A stretch of DNA of 64,000 nucleotides from Glacieibacterium sp. Its GTDB lineage: Bacteria; Pseudomonadota; Alphaproteobacteria; Sphingomonadales; Sphingomonadaceae. Location: positions 2,186,370-2,250,369 of the forward strand of contig NZ_OZ241356.1 in NCBI RefSeq assembly GCF_965200405.1, in the 5' to 3' direction. A program made the translations under genes and the position numbers. The notes beneath the pieces are model-generated. The model ran no database searches. It was given only the letters and a program-made list of their open reading frames with translations, and was not told the origin of the DNA. Below are positions 19,312 through 33,060 of the stretch, one piece after another; positions within the stretch are counted from its first letter, which is position 1; each line of letters begins with the position of its first letter.

Positions 19312-22131
19312 CTAGAAGCGCGTGCGAACGGTCGCGCCGTAAGTGCGCGGCTCGGCCAGAAAGCTGGAGAACAGCTGGTTGCCGGTGCCGCCGAACGCCG
19401 CGACCTGGGCCGCGGAGCCTGCACCCTGGAACGGCGCGTTGAAGGCGACCTGCTGGTAGTTCTTGTTGAAGATGTTCTGGCCCCACAGTTCGACCGACCA
19501 GCGCTGATCCTTGCCGCGCAGGCCGATGCGGGCGTTGACCGTGACGAAGCCGTCCTGGGCCTTTTCGGGGAACAGGTCGGAGCCGGTGTTATAGTCGCTG
19601 CTCAAGCGGCTATCGACGTAGAACAGCGCGCTCATGCCGTTCGTGCCGACGTCGGGGGTGAAGCCGAGCGAGGCGGTGACGACGTGCTTTGGAGCATTCG
19701 AAACCTGGCGGCCGGGCAGCAGGAACAGTGCCGGATCGAGCGCCGCGCCGCTGGTGCTGCCGACCAGGTTCTTGCCGTAGTGCGTGTCGGCATAAGTATA
19801 GCCGACGGTCAGCGCGAGGTTGCGCGCCGGGTAGACCGCGGACTCGATTTCGACACCCTGCGAGATGACGCCGGGCTTGATCTTGCCGGTGCAGACGCCG
19901 GTCGCGCCGCTGCTGTCGGTGTCGCCGCCGTTCAGGTTGTTGCTGCACGAGTTGATGTTCTGGACGACGAAGACCGTGCCGTTGAAGGTGTTGAGCTGGA
20001 AGCTCTTGAACTCCTGGCGGAAGGCGGCGACGTTGAGCGAGAAGGCGCGCTTCTTGAGCTTGACGCCGACTTCATAGGCATCGACCTTCTCGGCCTCGAA
20101 CTGCAACTGGTCGCCATTGGTGTTGGCGTTGGTCCGCGGCGAGAATACGCCGGTCGGGCCACCGAGCGGTGAGCGGTCGAGGTTGAAGCCGCCGGCCTTG
20201 TAGCCCTTGGCATAGCTCGCATAGGTCATCACGCCGTCGACCGGCTTCCACGACAGGATCGCGGTGCCGGTGAACTGGCCGTCGGTCAGCTTGCTGCGCA
20301 GGTTGAGTGCGTTGAGCTGGCTGCTCGAGTTGCCGGTGCAGGTCAGCGTGATGATACCGCCGGCCAGCGCCGCCAAGCCGGGGTTGGCGAGCAGCGGGCC
20401 GAGGGCGGCCTGCTGCGCCGGGCAGACGGTGTTGTTGTTGTTGAACTCGGCGTCGAACTTCTTGCTCTCGTGCGTGTAGCGCACGCCGACCGTCAGGCTG
20501 AGGCGGTCGGTGACGTTGAAGATGTTGTGCGTGAAGAACGCGTAGTTCTGGCTGTCCTGGTTATAGACCGAGCGCACGTCGCCGACGTTGTTGACCGTCG
20601 ACAGGCGGTTGAGACCTGCGATGATCGGCGCGGCACCGGCGCCAAGGACGGCGTTGAGCGTGCCGATGCCGGTGGCGCTCAGGCAGCCTGGAGCAGCCGG
20701 GTTGCGCAGCGCGGCCGCCGGGCTGACGTTGGCGATGACGCGGCAGGCGGCGAACGCGCCGTACTGCGAACCGAAGCGCGAATTGTCGACGAGTTGGAGC
20801 TTCTCGCGGCTGTAGAAGCCACCGACCAGCCAGTCGAGCTTGCCGTCGAACAGCGAGCCCTGAAAGCGGGCTTCCTGCGTGAAGGTCTTGAAGCGGCGAT
20901 AGCTGTTGCCGTCGTCGGCGCGATAATAGAGGTCGACGTTGCCGTAATCCAGGTCGCCGGCACCGCCCGCCTTGTACTGGCGATAGGCGGTGATCGAGGT
21001 CAGCTTGACGTCGCCAAGATCCCAGTCGAGCTGGCCGGAGCCGCCCCAGTCGGTCGTGGTGTTGCGATAGGTCCGGCCCGGCGTCGTCGCGATCCCGCGG
21101 CCGTACGGGTTGCCCGGGAAAACGCCGCCGAGGCTGCGCAGGATGTCGACGATGCGGTTGTTCGGGTTCTCGGTGACGTTGCGGTCGGTGTTGAAGCCCG
21201 GCGTCGTGGTGTTCGGCGTAGTGTCGGTCGTCTCGCGCAGCGACGTGTAGGCGGCGCCGCAGCATGACTCGTTGCGGTGCGTATAGTCGCCGATCAGGCG
21301 CAGGCTGATGTCGTCGGTCGGCGTGAACAGCAACTGGCCGCGAACGAAGTACCGATTGCGATTGTTGACGCGGTCGCCGGTGGTGATGTCCTTGTAGAAG
21401 CCGTCGCGCTTGACATAGACGCCGTCGATGCGCGCCGCGAGCTTGTCGGGGATGATCCCGCCGGTGACGCCGCCGGCCAGCCGGTAGGCGTTGTAATTGC
21501 CATAGGTGGCCTCGGCATTGCCGCCCAGCTCGAACGACGGCTTGGCGGTGATGATGTTGATGAGGCCGGCCGAGGCGTTGCGGCCGAACAGCGTGCCCTG
21601 CGGACCGCGTAGCACTTCGATGCGCTCGACTTCGCCAAGCTCGTTGAGGCCGGAGCCGGTGCGCGAGCGGTAGACGCCGTCGATGAACACTGCGACCGAG
21701 CTCTCGAGGCCGGGATTGTCGCCGACCGTGCCGATGCCGCGGATACGCGCCGAACCATTGGCCTCGCTGCCGGTCGACGAAACGAGCAGCGACGGGGCGA
21801 GCTGGTTGAGCGCGCGAATGTCGTTGGCGCCGGAGTTCTGCAGCGACTCCTGGCTGACCGCCGAGACCGCGATCGGCACCGTCGACAACGCCTGGGCGCG
21901 GCGGTTGGCGGTGATGATGATCTCGCCGCCCTCGCCGATGGAGTTGCCGGTATCGGCAGCGGTTGCGGCACCGGCATTGGTGGCGCCCGACGCAGCGGTC
22001 GCCGCAGCCGGGGTCTGCGCGGGAGGCGCCGTCACCTGGTTCGGCATCGCCGGCTGGTTGGCGGTATCCTGGGCGGCGGCAAAGGTCGGCAACGCCAGCG
22101 CGCACACGGACGCGAGAAGAAGATGCTTCAT
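19312..22131 (-). CDS. TonB-dependent outer-membrane receptor
   Basis: ORF 19312..22287(-) trimmed to ATG 22131 (MKHLLLASVCALALPTFAAAQD, signal peptide). It has a plug domain (...IIITANRRAQALSTVPIAVSAVS...EVLRGPQGTLFGRNASAG...) and the C-terminal aromatic ...TYGATVRTRF. Confidence 0.9.
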   Translation of the reverse strand: MKHLLLASVCALALPTFAAAQDTANQPAMPNQVTAPPAQTPAAATAASGATNAGAATAADTGNSIGEGGEIIITANRRAQALSTVPIAVSAVSQESLQNSGANDIRALNQLAPSLLVSSTGSEANGSARIRGIGTVGDNPGLESSVAVFIDGVYRSRTGSGLNELGEVERIEVLRGPQGTLFGRNASAGLINIITAKPSFELGGNAEATYGNYNAYRLAGGVTGGIIPDKLAARIDGVYVKRDGFYKDITTGDRVNNRNRYFVRGQLLFTPTDDISLRLIGDYTHRNESCCGAAYTSLRETTDTTPNTTTPGFNTDRNVTENPNNRIVDILRSLGGVFPGNPYGRGIATTPGRTYRNTTTDWGGSGQLDWDLGDVKLTSITAYRQYKAGGAGDLDYGNVDLYYRADDGNSYRRFKTFTQEARFQGSLFDGKLDWLVGGFYSREKLQLVDNSRFGSQYGAFAACRVIANVSPAAALRNPAAPGCLSATGIGTLNAVLGAGAAPIIAGLNRLSTVNNVGDVRSVYNQDSQNYAFFTHNIFNVTDRLSLTVGVRYTHESKKFDAEFNNNNTVCPAQQAALGPLLANPGLAALAGGIITLTCTGNSSSQLNALNLRSKLTDGQFTGTAILSWKPVDGVMTYASYAKGYKAGGFNLDRSPLGGPTGVFSPRTNANTNGDQLQFEAEKVDAYEVGVKLKKRAFSLNVAAFRQEFKSFQLNTFNGTVFVVQNINSCSNNLNGGDTDSSGATGVCTGKIKPGVISQGVEIESAVYPARNLALTVGYTYADTHYGKNLVGSTSGAALDPALFLLPGRQVSNAPKHVVTASLGFTPDVGTNGMSALFYVDSRLSSDYNTGSDLFPEKAQDGFVTVNARIGLRGKDQRWSVELWGQNIFNKNYQQVAFNAPFQGAGSAAQVAAFGGTGNQLFSSFLAEPRTYGATVRTRF

Positions 22132-22334
22132 GATACTCCCAAGGACTTGATACGTCTTTTTACGAGCTTCGTTCGGTAAGGTAGGTTCACGTTTACGGCA
22201 AGCTGCGACTGCACTCGCCGCCAGTTGCGGACAAGGCGTTGCACTAAGGGCACAGTTTCTGGCTGGGAGGTTGCTGACCCGTTGCAATACTTGATGCTCG
22301 GCCGCCGGCGCCGCGTCGCCGGACGGTGCCCGCT

Positions 22335-22838
22335 CTAGCTGGCGCCGAGATAGTCCAGCTTGCCGATCGTCACGCCGCCGTGGCGAAGGAGGCTGTAGGC
22401 GACGGTGACGTGGAAGAAGAAGTTCGGCAGCACGAAGCCGAGCAGGAAATCCTGGCCGCTTAAGGTCATCTCGCGCTGGCCGGCCTTCAGGTTGATAACG
22501 CGCTCCTCGCTGCCGTCGATCTGCTCCGGGGTGATGGTCTGGAGGAAGGCGATGGTCTTGGCGATGCGCTGCTTGAGGTCGTCGAAGGTCACTTCCTCGT
22601 CGGCGAACGCAGGAATCTCGATGCCGGCAAGGCGCGCCGAACCCTTGGCGCCGTCGGTGGCGATCTGGACCTGGCGGGGCAGGGCGAACATGTCCGGCGC
22701 GAGCCGGGCGGAGAGCAAGGTCGCGGCGTCCAGCGTGCCGGCGGCCGACTGCTCGATGGCCTTGTCAAGAATCTTGGAGAGGGCGGTAAGCTGGCGTACG
22801 AACACCGGCACCGATGCCTGGTACATCGACAGGGTCAT
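22335..22838 (-). CDS. DUF1993 family protein
   Basis: ORF trimmed to ATG 22838 (MTLSMYQASVPVFVRQLTALSKILDKA......LPNFFFHVTVAYSLLRHGGVTIGKLDYLG). This is the typical DUF1993 layout. Confidence 0.8.
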   Translation of the reverse strand: MTLSMYQASVPVFVRQLTALSKILDKAIEQSAAGTLDAATLLSARLAPDMFALPRQVQIATDGAKGSARLAGIEIPAFADEEVTFDDLKQRIAKTIAFLQTITPEQIDGSEERVINLKAGQREMTLSGQDFLLGFVLPNFFFHVTVAYSLLRHGGVTIGKLDYLGAS

Positions 22839-22915
22839 GGATCGTCCTTGGTTGGATGGTCGCGACGTTGCGGGTCCGATCCATAGCGGACGCCGGCGGG
22901 TCCGTGCAAACGACA

Positions 22916-22944
22916 TTGACCCGTCGGTGACTCCGCAGTATAGG
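22916..22944 (+). promoter_or_regulatory. Candidate sigma70-type promoter of the str operon (rpsL-rpsG-fusA-tuf)
   Basis: TTGACC (22916-22921), a 17-nt spacer and TATAGG (22939-22944) lie ~190 nt upstream of rpsL. Confidence 0.45.
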
Positions 22945-23134
22945 CCCGCTTCCGTTCACGAACCGGTGACAGGCTAACGCCCAGGCACGGATCGGGTCGG
23001 AATTTTGGCAACGACGGGCTGTGCCGCGCGCGTGGGGCCTCTGCAAGGAGGCCGCTCGCGCTTATGCCGTGAGGGCGGGACTAGTCTGGAGTAGGTGGCC
23101 GCAAGCCACCGAACAGCAGGATGACGAATACTCT

Positions 23135-23506
23135 ATGCCGACTATCAACCAGTTGATCCGCAAGGGTCGCGAGCCACAAAAGGCTCGCAACAAGGTCCCA
23201 GCAATGGAGGCCTGCCCGCAGAAGCGTGGTGTTTGCACCCGCGTCTACACGACGACCCCGAAGAAGCCGAACTCGGCTCTGCGTAAGGTCGCCAAGCTGC
23301 GCCTGACCAACGGCTTCGAAGTCATCGGGTACATCCCGGGTGAGAAGCACAACCTTCAGGAGCATTCGGTCGTCATGATCCGCGGCGGTCGCGTCAAGGA
23401 TCTTCCCGGCGTTCGCTACCACATCATTCGTGGCCAGCTCGATACGCAGGGCGTCAAGGACCGGAAGCAGTCGCGCTCGAAGTACGGCGCGAAGCGGCCT
23501 AAGTAA
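23135..23506 (+). CDS. rpsL: 30S ribosomal protein S12
   Basis: [52 protein letters not shown]...; the ORF-track start 23021 was trimmed. Confidence 0.97.
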   Translation: MPTINQLIRKGREPQKARNKVPAMEACPQKRGVCTRVYTTTPKKPNSALRKVAKLRLTNGFEVIGYIPGEKHNLQEHSVVMIRGGRVKDLPGVRYHIIRGQLDTQGVKDRKQSRSKYGAKRPK

Positions 23507-23517
23507 GGATCAGATAG

Positions 23518-23988
23518 ATGGCTCGTCGTAGGCGCCCGGAGAAGCGCGAAATTCTCCCAGATCCTCGCTTCGGTGACGTGATCCTTTCGAAATTCATGAA
23601 TCTCGTCATGTACGAGGGCAAGAAGTCGGTCGCCGAGTCGATCGTCTATTCGGCTCTCGAGACCGTCGAGACCAAGACCCGTCGCGATCCGATCGGCGTG
23701 TTTCACGACGCGCTGGCGAACGTCCGCCCGGGCATCGAAGTTCGCAGCCGCCGCGTCGGTGGTGCGACCTACCAGGTGCCGGTCGAAGTTCGTCCGGAGC
23801 GTTCGCAGGCCCTCGCCATTCGCTGGCTCATCGGTGCGGCGCGTAACCGCTCCGAGCACACGATGGCACAGCGCCTGTCGGGCGAACTGGTCGATGCCGC
23901 CAACAACCGTGGCACTGCCGTGAAGAAGCGGGAAGACTCGCATCGCATGGCCGAAGCCAACCGCGCTTTCTCGCACTACCGCTGGTAG
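23518..23988 (+). CDS. rpsG: 30S ribosomal protein S7
   Basis: [28 protein letters not shown]...[12 protein letters not shown]. Confidence 0.97.
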   Translation: MARRRRPEKREILPDPRFGDVILSKFMNLVMYEGKKSVAESIVYSALETVETKTRRDPIGVFHDALANVRPGIEVRSRRVGGATYQVPVEVRPERSQALAIRWLIGAARNRSEHTMAQRLSGELVDAANNRGTAVKKREDSHRMAEANRAFSHYRW

Positions 23989-24011
23989 TGGCGAGCTAGA
24001 GAGTAACAGTC

Positions 24012-26084
<2,073 letters not shown>

Positions 26085-26173
26085 GAGTCGTAACGCGGCT
26101 TTACATTTTGACTGGCGACAACTAGACGCCCCGCCTTCCGGGCCGGGCAGCAATTCGACGAAGGATAGGACTC

Positions 26174-27364
26174 ATGGGTAAGGCGAAATTCGAGCGGAAC
26201 AAGCCGCACTGCAACATCGGCACGATCGGCCACGTCGATCATGGCAAGACCTCGCTGACGGCAGCGATCACCAAGGTTCTCGCCGAGACCGGTGGCGCCA
26301 CCTTCACCAGCTACGCCAACATCGACAAGGCTCCCGAGGAGCGCGAGCGCGGCATCACTATCTCGACCGCACACGTCGAGTATGAGACTGCCAACCGCCA
26401 CTACGCGCACGTCGATTGCCCAGGCCACGCCGACTATGTGAAGAACATGATCACCGGTGCCGCCCAGATGGACGGCGCGATCCTGGTCGTCTCGGCCACC
26501 GATGGCCCGATGCCACAGACCCGCGAGCACATCCTGCTCGCCAAGCAGGTCGGCGTTCCTGCCATGGTCGTCTTCATGAACAAGGTCGACCTGGTCGACG
26601 ACGCCGAGATCCTCGAGCTCGTCGAGATGGAGATCCGCGAGCTTCTGTCGAAGTACGACTTCCCGGGTGACGACATTCCGATCACCCAGGGTTCGGCAGT
26701 TTGCGCCCTCGACGGCAAGCGCGACGACATCGGCCATGACGCGGTCCTGGCGCTGATGAAGACGGTTGACGACTACATCCCGCAGCCTGAGCGTGCGCTC
26801 GATCGCCCGTTCCTGATGCCGATCGAGGACGTGTTCTCGATCTCGGGTCGCGGCACCGTCGTCACCGGCCGCGTCGAGAGCGGCGTCGTCAAGGTCGGCG
26901 AAGAAATCGAGATCGTCGGTATCCACGACACCCGCAAGACCGTCTGCACCGGCGTCGAGATGTTCCGCAAGCTGCTCGACCAGGGCCAGGCCGGCGACAA
27001 CATCGGCGCGCTGCTTCGCGGCGTTGGTCGTGACGACGTCGAGCGTGGCCAGGTTCTCTGCAAGCCAGGCTCGATCAAGCCGCACACCGAGTTCTCGGCT
27101 GAGGTTTACGTGCTGTCGAAGGACGAGGGTGGCCGTCACACGCCGTTCTTCGCCAACTACCGCCCGCAGTTCTACTTCCGCACGACCGACGTCACCGGTA
27201 CCGTGGAGCTGCCTGAGGGCACCGAGATGGTCATGCCGGGCGACAACGTCCAGCTGCAGGTCAAGCTGATCGCTCCGATCGCCATGGATCCAGGTCTTCG
27301 CTTCGCAATTCGCGAAGGCGGACGTACCGTTGGCGCCGGCGTGGTTGCAACGATCACCAAGTAA
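26174..27364 (+). CDS. tuf: Elongation factor Tu
   Basis: [32 protein letters not shown]...; 396 aa. Confidence 0.98.
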   Translation: MGKAKFERNKPHCNIGTIGHVDHGKTSLTAAITKVLAETGGATFTSYANIDKAPEERERGITISTAHVEYETANRHYAHVDCPGHADYVKNMITGAAQMDGAILVVSATDGPMPQTREHILLAKQVGVPAMVVFMNKVDLVDDAEILELVEMEIRELLSKYDFPGDDIPITQGSAVCALDGKRDDIGHDAVLALMKTVDDYIPQPERALDRPFLMPIEDVFSISGRGTVVTGRVESGVVKVGEEIEIVGIHDTRKTVCTGVEMFRKLLDQGQAGDNIGALLRGVGRDDVERGQVLCKPGSIKPHTEFSAEVYVLSKDEGGRHTPFFANYRPQFYFRTTDVTGTVELPEGTEMVMPGDNVQLQVKLIAPIAMDPGLRFAIREGGRTVGAGVVATITK

Positions 27365-27408
27365 GGCTATAGGGCCGCTCTACTTCGGAACATTGATTCG
27401 AGGTTTGA

Positions 27409-27441
27409 GCGGCCCGATCGCTTTCGGGCCGCTTTGTTTTT
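27409..27441 (+). terminator. Rho-independent terminator/attenuator between tuf and rpsJ
   Basis: GCGGCCCGA (27409-27417) pairs with TCGGGCCGC (27424-27432), followed by TTTGTTTTT. Confidence 0.75.
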
Positions 27442-27474
27442 GAGAATTCGTTCAGGTTGGTTGATCAAGACGTC

Positions 27475-27789
<315 letters not shown>

Positions 27790-27871
27790 TCGACACTATG
27801 AAATACGCGGAGCGAACTTCATTTGGATCACGCCCAGTATGTCTGGGCCTCTGGCAGGAAAGGAATTGATC

Positions 27872-28624
27872 ATGCGCAGTGGCGTGATCGCGAAGAAAAT
27901 GGGAATGACCCGGCTCTTTCAGAGCGACGGGAAGCATGTCCCGGTAACCGTGATGGCCCTCGAGGGCTGCCAGGTTGTCAGCGTCCGCACCGACGAGCGT
28001 GATGGCTATACCGCCGTCCAGCTCGGTGCCGGCGTCAAGAAAGCCAAGAACACTTCGAAGCCAGAGCGTGGCCACTTCGGCAAGGCCGAAGTCGAGCCCA
28101 AGGCGAAGGTCGCGGAATTCCGCGTCTCGGCCGATGCTTTGCTCGAAGCCGGCGCGACTATGTCGGCCGATCACTTCGTCGCTGGCCAGCTCGTCGATGT
28201 CACCGGTCACACGGTCGGCAAGGGCTTCCAGGGCGGCATGAAGCGCTGGAACTTCGGCGGCCTACGGGCAACCCACGGCGTCTCGGTCTCGCACCGTTCG
28301 CTCGGCTCGACCGGCCAGCGGCAGGATCCAGGCAAGGTCTTCAAGGGCAAGAAGATGGCCGGCCACATGGGCGACCGCCAGCGTACCCAGCAGAACCTCG
28401 AAGTCGTCTCGACCGATGTCGAGCGCGGCCTCATCTTCCTCAAGGGTTCGGTCCCCGGCCACAAGGGCGGCTGGCTGATGATCAAGGACGCGGTCAAGGT
28501 TCCGGCTCACGCCGATGCGCCGTTCCCGGGTTCGCTCAAGAGCAACGCTGCTGCGCCTGTCGCCGAGACGACCCCAGCGGTCGAAACCGTTGACACCACC
28601 GAAGCTACCGGCGGGGAGGCTTGA
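27872..28624 (+). CDS. rplC: 50S ribosomal protein L3
   Basis: [27 protein letters not shown]...; trimmed from ORF 27758. Confidence 0.96.
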   Translation: MRSGVIAKKMGMTRLFQSDGKHVPVTVMALEGCQVVSVRTDERDGYTAVQLGAGVKKAKNTSKPERGHFGKAEVEPKAKVAEFRVSADALLEAGATMSADHFVAGQLVDVTGHTVGKGFQGGMKRWNFGGLRATHGVSVSHRSLGSTGQRQDPGKVFKGKKMAGHMGDRQRTQQNLEVVSTDVERGLIFLKGSVPGHKGGWLMIKDAVKVPAHADAPFPGSLKSNAAAPVAETTPAVETVDTTEATGGEA

Positions 28625-28626
28625 TC

Positions 28627-29250
28627 ATGAAGCTTGAGGTCAAGACCTTCGATAACGCCGCGTCCGGCGACATCGAACTCTCGGAGAGCGTGTTCGGCAT
28701 GCCGGCCCGCGCCGACATCCTGCACCGCGTCGTGACGTGGCAGCTCGAGAAGCGCCGGGCGACTGCCCGCGGTGCTCGCGAGCGGTCGGACGTTGCTCGC
28801 ACCGGCAAGAAGCTCGGCAACCAGAAGGGCGGCGGTGTCGCTCGCCATGGTAACCGCGCTGCGCCGCAGTTCACCGGTGGTGGTAAGGCTCATGGTCCGC
28901 GCGTTCGCGACTTCGACCCGGGTCTCAACAAGAAGATCCGCCGTCTCGGTCTCGCCACCGCGCTGTCGGTCAAGGCTGCCGAAGGCAAGCTGATGATCGT
29001 CGAGAACCTTACCCTGGGTGAGGCCAAGACCAAGACGCTGATCGCGCGTCTCGCGGGTCTGGGCATCACGTCGGGTCTGTTCATCGATGGCGATGCTGTC
29101 GACCAGCATTTCGGCCTGGCCTGTGCAAACCTGCACAAGATCGACGCGCTGCCGGCGATCGGTGCCAATGTTTACGACATCCTCAACCACGACACGCTGG
29201 TCTTGACCCGCGCCGCGGTTGCGAGCCTGGAGGCACGCGTCAATGGCTAA
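28627..29250 (+). CDS. rplD: 50S ribosomal protein L4
   Basis: [24 protein letters not shown]...; ATG 28627 is preferred over TTG 28621. Confidence 0.95.
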   Translation: MKLEVKTFDNAASGDIELSESVFGMPARADILHRVVTWQLEKRRATARGARERSDVARTGKKLGNQKGGGVARHGNRAAPQFTGGGKAHGPRVRDFDPGLNKKIRRLGLATALSVKAAEGKLMIVENLTLGEAKTKTLIARLAGLGITSGLFIDGDAVDQHFGLACANLHKIDALPAIGANVYDILNHDTLVLTRAAVASLEARVNG

Positions 29251-29566
29251 GGCCCTAAAGACCGCTCCGGCGGCAATCGACCTGAAGCATTACGATATCA
29301 TCGTAAAGCCGGTTATCACCGAGAAGTCGACCTTGGTGAGCGAGTTCAACCAGGTCGTGTTCAAGGTTGCGAACACTGCTTCGAAGCCCGAGATCAAGGC
29401 CGCCGTCGAGGCGCTGTTCTCGGTCAAGGTCATGGCGGTCAACACCATGATCCAGAAGGGCAAGAGCAAGCGCTGGAAGGGTCGTCCCTATACCCGCGCC
29501 GATAAGAAGAAGGCCGTTGTGACGCTCGCCGAAGGCGACCGTATCGACGTGACGACGGGAATCTAA
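29243..29566 (+). CDS. rplW: 50S ribosomal protein L23
   Basis: [30 protein letters not shown]... Confidence 0.95.
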   Translation: MAKALKTAPAAIDLKHYDIIVKPVITEKSTLVSEFNQVVFKVANTASKPEIKAAVEALFSVKVMAVNTMIQKGKSKRWKGRPYTRADKKKAVVTLAEGDRIDVTTGI

Positions 29567-29569
29567 GTC

Positions 29570-30409
29570 ATGGCTTTGAAATCCTATAATCCGACAAGCC
29601 CGGGCCGCCGCGGCCTGATCCTCGTCGACCGTTCGGCCCTCCACAAGGGTCGTCCCGTCAAGTCGCTGACCGAGGGTCTGCGCAAGTCGGGCGGCCGAAA
29701 CAACATGGGCCATGCGACGGCACGCGGTATCGCGGGCGGTCACAAGCAGTTGTACCGCATCGTCGACTTCAAGCGTCGCACCTGGGACGAGGCCGCTACG
29801 GTCGAGCGTCTCGAGTATGACCCGAACCGCTCGGCGTTCATCGCGCTGGTCAAGTATCCGGACGGCAAGCAGTCCTACATCATCGCGCCGCAGCGTCTTG
29901 CGGTCGGTGACTCGGTCATCGCCGGCAAGAAGGTCGACGTGAAGCCCGGCAACGCGATGGAAATCGGGCAGATGCCGGTCGGTACCATCGTCCATAACTG
30001 CGAGCTGAAGCCCGGCAAGGGTGGCCAGCTGGCACGTGCCGCCGGCACGTTCATCCAGGTCGTCGGTCGTGACCGCGGCATGGTGATCATCCGCCTCAAT
30101 TCCGGCGAGCAGCGTTATGTGCGCTCGGAGTGCATGGCGACGGTCGGTGCCGTGTCGAACCCCGACAATTCGAACCAGAACCTCGGCAAGGCCGGCCGCG
30201 TGCGCTGGATGGGCTATCGCCCGCTGACGCGCGGTGTCGCCAAGAACCCTGTCGACCATCCGCACGGCGGTGGTGAAGGCCGGACCTCTGGCGGACGTCA
30301 CCCGGTTACGCCTTGGGGCAAGCCAACCAAGGGCGCCAAGACGCGCTCGAACAAGTCGACGGACCACATGATTATCCGGTCACGTCACGCCAAGAAGAAG
30401 AAGGGCTAA
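29570..30409 (+). CDS. rplB: 50S ribosomal protein L2
   Basis: [27 protein letters not shown]...[13 protein letters not shown]... Confidence 0.97.
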   Translation: MALKSYNPTSPGRRGLILVDRSALHKGRPVKSLTEGLRKSGGRNNMGHATARGIAGGHKQLYRIVDFKRRTWDEAATVERLEYDPNRSAFIALVKYPDGKQSYIIAPQRLAVGDSVIAGKKVDVKPGNAMEIGQMPVGTIVHNCELKPGKGGQLARAAGTFIQVVGRDRGMVIIRLNSGEQRYVRSECMATVGAVSNPDNSNQNLGKAGRVRWMGYRPLTRGVAKNPVDHPHGGGEGRTSGGRHPVTPWGKPTKGAKTRSNKSTDHMIIRSRHAKKKKG

Positions 30410-30413
30410 GCGC

Positions 30414-30689
30414 ATGAGCCGCTCCGTCTGGAAGGGTCCTTTCGTCGACCTGCACGTATTGAAGAAGGCCGATGCCGCGCAGGCTTCGGGCGCGCGTCAG
30501 CCGATCAAGACCTGGTCGCGCCGCTCGACGATCCTGCCGAACTTCGTCGGCCTGACCTTCAGCGTCCATAATGGCCGCAAGTTCATCCCGGTCTCGGTCA
30601 ACGAGGACATGGTCGGCATGAAGCTCGGCGAATTCGCACCGACGCGGACCTTCACCGGTCACGCCGCCGACAAGAAGGCCAAGCGCTGA
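30414..30689 (+). CDS. rpsS: 30S ribosomal protein S19
   Basis: [18 protein letters not shown]...[10 protein letters not shown]... Confidence 0.97.
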   Translation: MSRSVWKGPFVDLHVLKKADAAQASGARQPIKTWSRRSTILPNFVGLTFSVHNGRKFIPVSVNEDMVGMKLGEFAPTRTFTGHAADKKAKR

Positions 30690-31081
30690 TGGGCAAGCCC
30701 AACAACCCCCGCAAGGTCGGCGAGCGCGAAGCGATCGCCATCGCGACGACGCTTCGTGGCAGCCCGTACAAGCTCAACCTGGTCGCCGGTCTTATCCGCG
30801 GCCGCAAGGTTGGCGATGCGCTGAACATCCTCAGCTTCTCGACCAAGGGCATGGCGCCCGAGGTTCGCAAGGTTCTCGCTTCGGCGATCGCCAATGCCGA
30901 GAACAACCACAACCTCGATGTCGATGCGCTCATCGTCCACGAGGCGAGCGTCGGCAAGGCGCTGGTAATGAAGCGTTTCACGCCTCGTGCCCGTGGTCGT
31001 GCCGCTCGTATCGAAAAGCCGTTCAGCCGCCTTCGCGTCGTCGTGCGTGAATTGAGCGATGCTCCGGTGGAGAACGTTTAA
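30689..31081 (+). CDS. rplV: 50S ribosomal protein L22
   Basis: ...[30 protein letters not shown]... Confidence 0.96.
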   Translation: MGKPNNPRKVGEREAIAIATTLRGSPYKLNLVAGLIRGRKVGDALNILSFSTKGMAPEVRKVLASAIANAENNHNLDVDALIVHEASVGKALVMKRFTPRARGRAARIEKPFSRLRVVVRELSDAPVENV

Positions 31082-31776
31082 TGGGTCATAAGTCCAACCC
31101 GATCGGTCTGCGCCTGCAGATCAACCGTACCTGGGACAGCCGCTGGTACGCCGAAGGCGATGCCTATGGCACGATGCTGCTTGAAGACCTGCGGATCCGC
31201 AACTTCATCATGAAGACGCATCTGCAGGCGGCGATCTCCAAGGTCGTCATCGAACGCCCGGCCAAGCTTTGCCGCGTCTCGATCTACGCTGCCCGTCCCG
31301 GTGTGATCATCGGCAAGAAGGGCGCCGACATCGAGAAGCTGCGCAAGCAGATCGCCGCGATGACCAAGAGCGACGTGTCGCTCAACATTGTCGAGATCCG
31401 CAAGCCGGAAGTCGATGCCCGCCTCGTGGCACAGGGCATTGCCGACCAGCTCGAGCGCCGTATCGCCTTCCGTCGCGCGATGAAGCGTGCCGTGCAGTCC
31501 GCCATGCGTCTCGGTGCCGACGGCATCAAGGTGTCGTGCGGTGGCCGTCTCGGTGGTGCGGAAATCGCTCGTAGCGAGCAGTACCGCGAGGGCCGGGTGC
31601 CGTTGCACACGCTGCGCGCCAACATGGACTTTGCCGAGGCACAGGCACACACCGCTTACGGTGTCTGCGGCGTTAAGGTCTGGATCTTCAAGGGCGAAAT
31701 CCTGGGTCACGACCCGATGTCGCAAGACCGACTGATGATGGAAGCACAGACTTCCGGCGTCCGTCCGGCGCGCTGA
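31081..31776 (+). CDS. rpsC: 30S ribosomal protein S3
   Basis: [24 protein letters not shown]... Confidence 0.97.
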   Translation: MGHKSNPIGLRLQINRTWDSRWYAEGDAYGTMLLEDLRIRNFIMKTHLQAAISKVVIERPAKLCRVSIYAARPGVIIGKKGADIEKLRKQIAAMTKSDVSLNIVEIRKPEVDARLVAQGIADQLERRIAFRRAMKRAVQSAMRLGADGIKVSCGGRLGGAEIARSEQYREGRVPLHTLRANMDFAEAQAHTAYGVCGVKVWIFKGEILGHDPMSQDRLMMEAQTSGVRPAR

Positions 31777-31786
31777 GGTAAAGTAG

Positions 31787-32215
31787 ATGTTGTCCCCAAA
31801 GCGCACTAAATTCCGTAAGCAGTTCAAGGGTCGCATTCATGGCGACGCCAAGGGCGGCACGGCGCTCAACTTCGGTGCCTTCGGCCTGAAGGCGATGGAG
31901 CCGGACCGGATCACGGCTCGCCAGATCGAGGCCGCACGCCGGGCGATCTCGCGTCACATGAAGCGCGCCGGCCGGTTGTGGATCCGGATCTTCCCGGACG
32001 TCCCGGTCACGCAGAAGCCGAACGAAGTCCGCATGGGTAAGGGCAAGGGTTCGCCCGAGTTCTGGGCCGCGCGGGTCAAGCCAGGTCGCATCATGTTCGA
32101 GATCGACGGCGTCAGCCACGAGATCGCCAAGGGTGCTTTCGAGCGTGCAGCGGCGAAGCTGCCGATCAAGGTTAAGGTCGTCGTTCGCCTCGGCGAGCCG
32201 ACTGGCGAGGCATAA
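31787..32215 (+). CDS. rplP: 50S ribosomal protein L16
   Basis: [19 protein letters not shown]... Confidence 0.97.
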   Translation: MLSPKRTKFRKQFKGRIHGDAKGGTALNFGAFGLKAMEPDRITARQIEAARRAISRHMKRAGRLWIRIFPDVPVTQKPNEVRMGKGKGSPEFWAARVKPGRIMFEIDGVSHEIAKGAFERAAAKLPIKVKVVVRLGEPTGEA

Positions 32216-32219
32216 GACG

Positions 32220-32429
32220 ATGAAGACGAAAGATTTGAAGGTCCAGTCGGACGACCAGATGGCGACCCAGCTGGGTGAGATGAAGCGCGAGCAGTTCAAC
32301 CTGCGCTTCCAGGCAGCGACGGGCCAGCTCGAGAAGCCAGCCCGCGTGCGTGAGGTGCGTCGCACCATCGCGCGCATCAAGACGCTGCAGACCCAGCGGT
32401 CGACCGCTGCTGCGCAGGAGACGAAGTAA
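32220..32429 (+). CDS. rpmC: 50S ribosomal protein L29
   Basis: [31 protein letters not shown]...; trimmed from ORF 32133. Confidence 0.93.
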   Translation: MKTKDLKVQSDDQMATQLGEMKREQFNLRFQAATGQLEKPARVREVRRTIARIKTLQTQRSTAAAQETK

Positions 32430-32695
32430 TGCCCAAGCGCGTGCTGCAGGGAATGGTCGTCTCCGACAAGACCGACAAGACGGTGGTCGTGCTGATCGAG
32501 CGCAAGGTTGCGCATCCGGTCTATGGCAAGATCATCCGTCGCTCGAAGAAGTATCACGCCCATGACGAGGGCAACACGGTCAAGGCCGGCGACACGGTGC
32601 GCATCGAGGAGTGTGCCCCGATCAGCAAGCTGAAGACCTGGAAGGTCATCGAGACCGTGGGCATCAACAAGACCGTGGAGGGATCGCACTCATGA
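32429..32695 (+). CDS. rpsQ: 30S ribosomal protein S17
   Basis: [26 protein letters not shown]... Confidence 0.96.
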   Translation: MPKRVLQGMVVSDKTDKTVVVLIERKVAHPVYGKIIRRSKKYHAHDEGNTVKAGDTVRIEECAPISKLKTWKVIETVGINKTVEGSHS

Positions 32696-33060
32696 TCCAG
32701 ATGCAGACGAACCTAGATGTCGCCGATAACTCCGGCGCCAAGCGGGTGATGTGCATCAAGGTGCTCGGCGGCTCGAAGCGCCGTTTTGCCGGCGTCGGCG
32801 ATACCATCGTGGTGTCGGTGAAGGAAGCAGCACCCAAGGGCAAGGTCAAGAAGGGCGACGTGCACCGCGCAGTCGTCGTTCGCACCGCCAAGGACATCCG
32901 CCGCGCTGATGGCTCGGTCATCCGTTTCGACGGCAACGCCGCCGTCCTGATCAACAAGAACGAGGAGCCGATCGGCACCCGTATCTTTGGGCCGGTGGTT
33001 CGCGAACTGCGCGCCTCGGGTCACATGAAGATCATCAGCCTAGCGCCGGAGGTGCTGTAA
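32692..33060 (+). CDS. rplN: 50S ribosomal protein L14
   Basis: [28 protein letters not shown]...; its start overlaps the rpsQ stop (ATGA). Confidence 0.97.
   Translation: MIQMQTNLDVADNSGAKRVMCIKVLGGSKRRFAGVGDTIVVSVKEAAPKGKVKKGDVHRAVVVRTAKDIRRADGSVIRFDGNAAVLINKNEEPIGTRIFGPVVRELRASGHMKIISLAPEVL

Noticed and set aside
22132-22334. Riboswitch (cobalamin, TPP) or Fur box in the 200-nt leader of the TonB-dependent receptor.
   Set aside because: No B12-box-like, TPP-like or GATAATGATAATCATTATC-like sequence is visible on the minus strand. A covariance-model scan would be needed to be certain.
23021-23134. N-terminally extended ORF-track starts. Examples are rpsL 23021, rplC 27758, rpmC 32133, rplN 32611, rplE 33271, rplF 34594, panB 46686, maiA 51103, typA 59113 and TBDR 22287.
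   Set aside because: The extensions overlap upstream genes or lack similarity. The canonical N-termini (for example [11 protein letters not shown] for S12) begin at internal ATGs with sensible spacing.
28500-28624. C-terminal ~40-aa extension of L3 (…[23 protein letters not shown]).
   Set aside because: It is probably lineage-typical length variation of L3 in alphaproteobacteria, with no independent signal.
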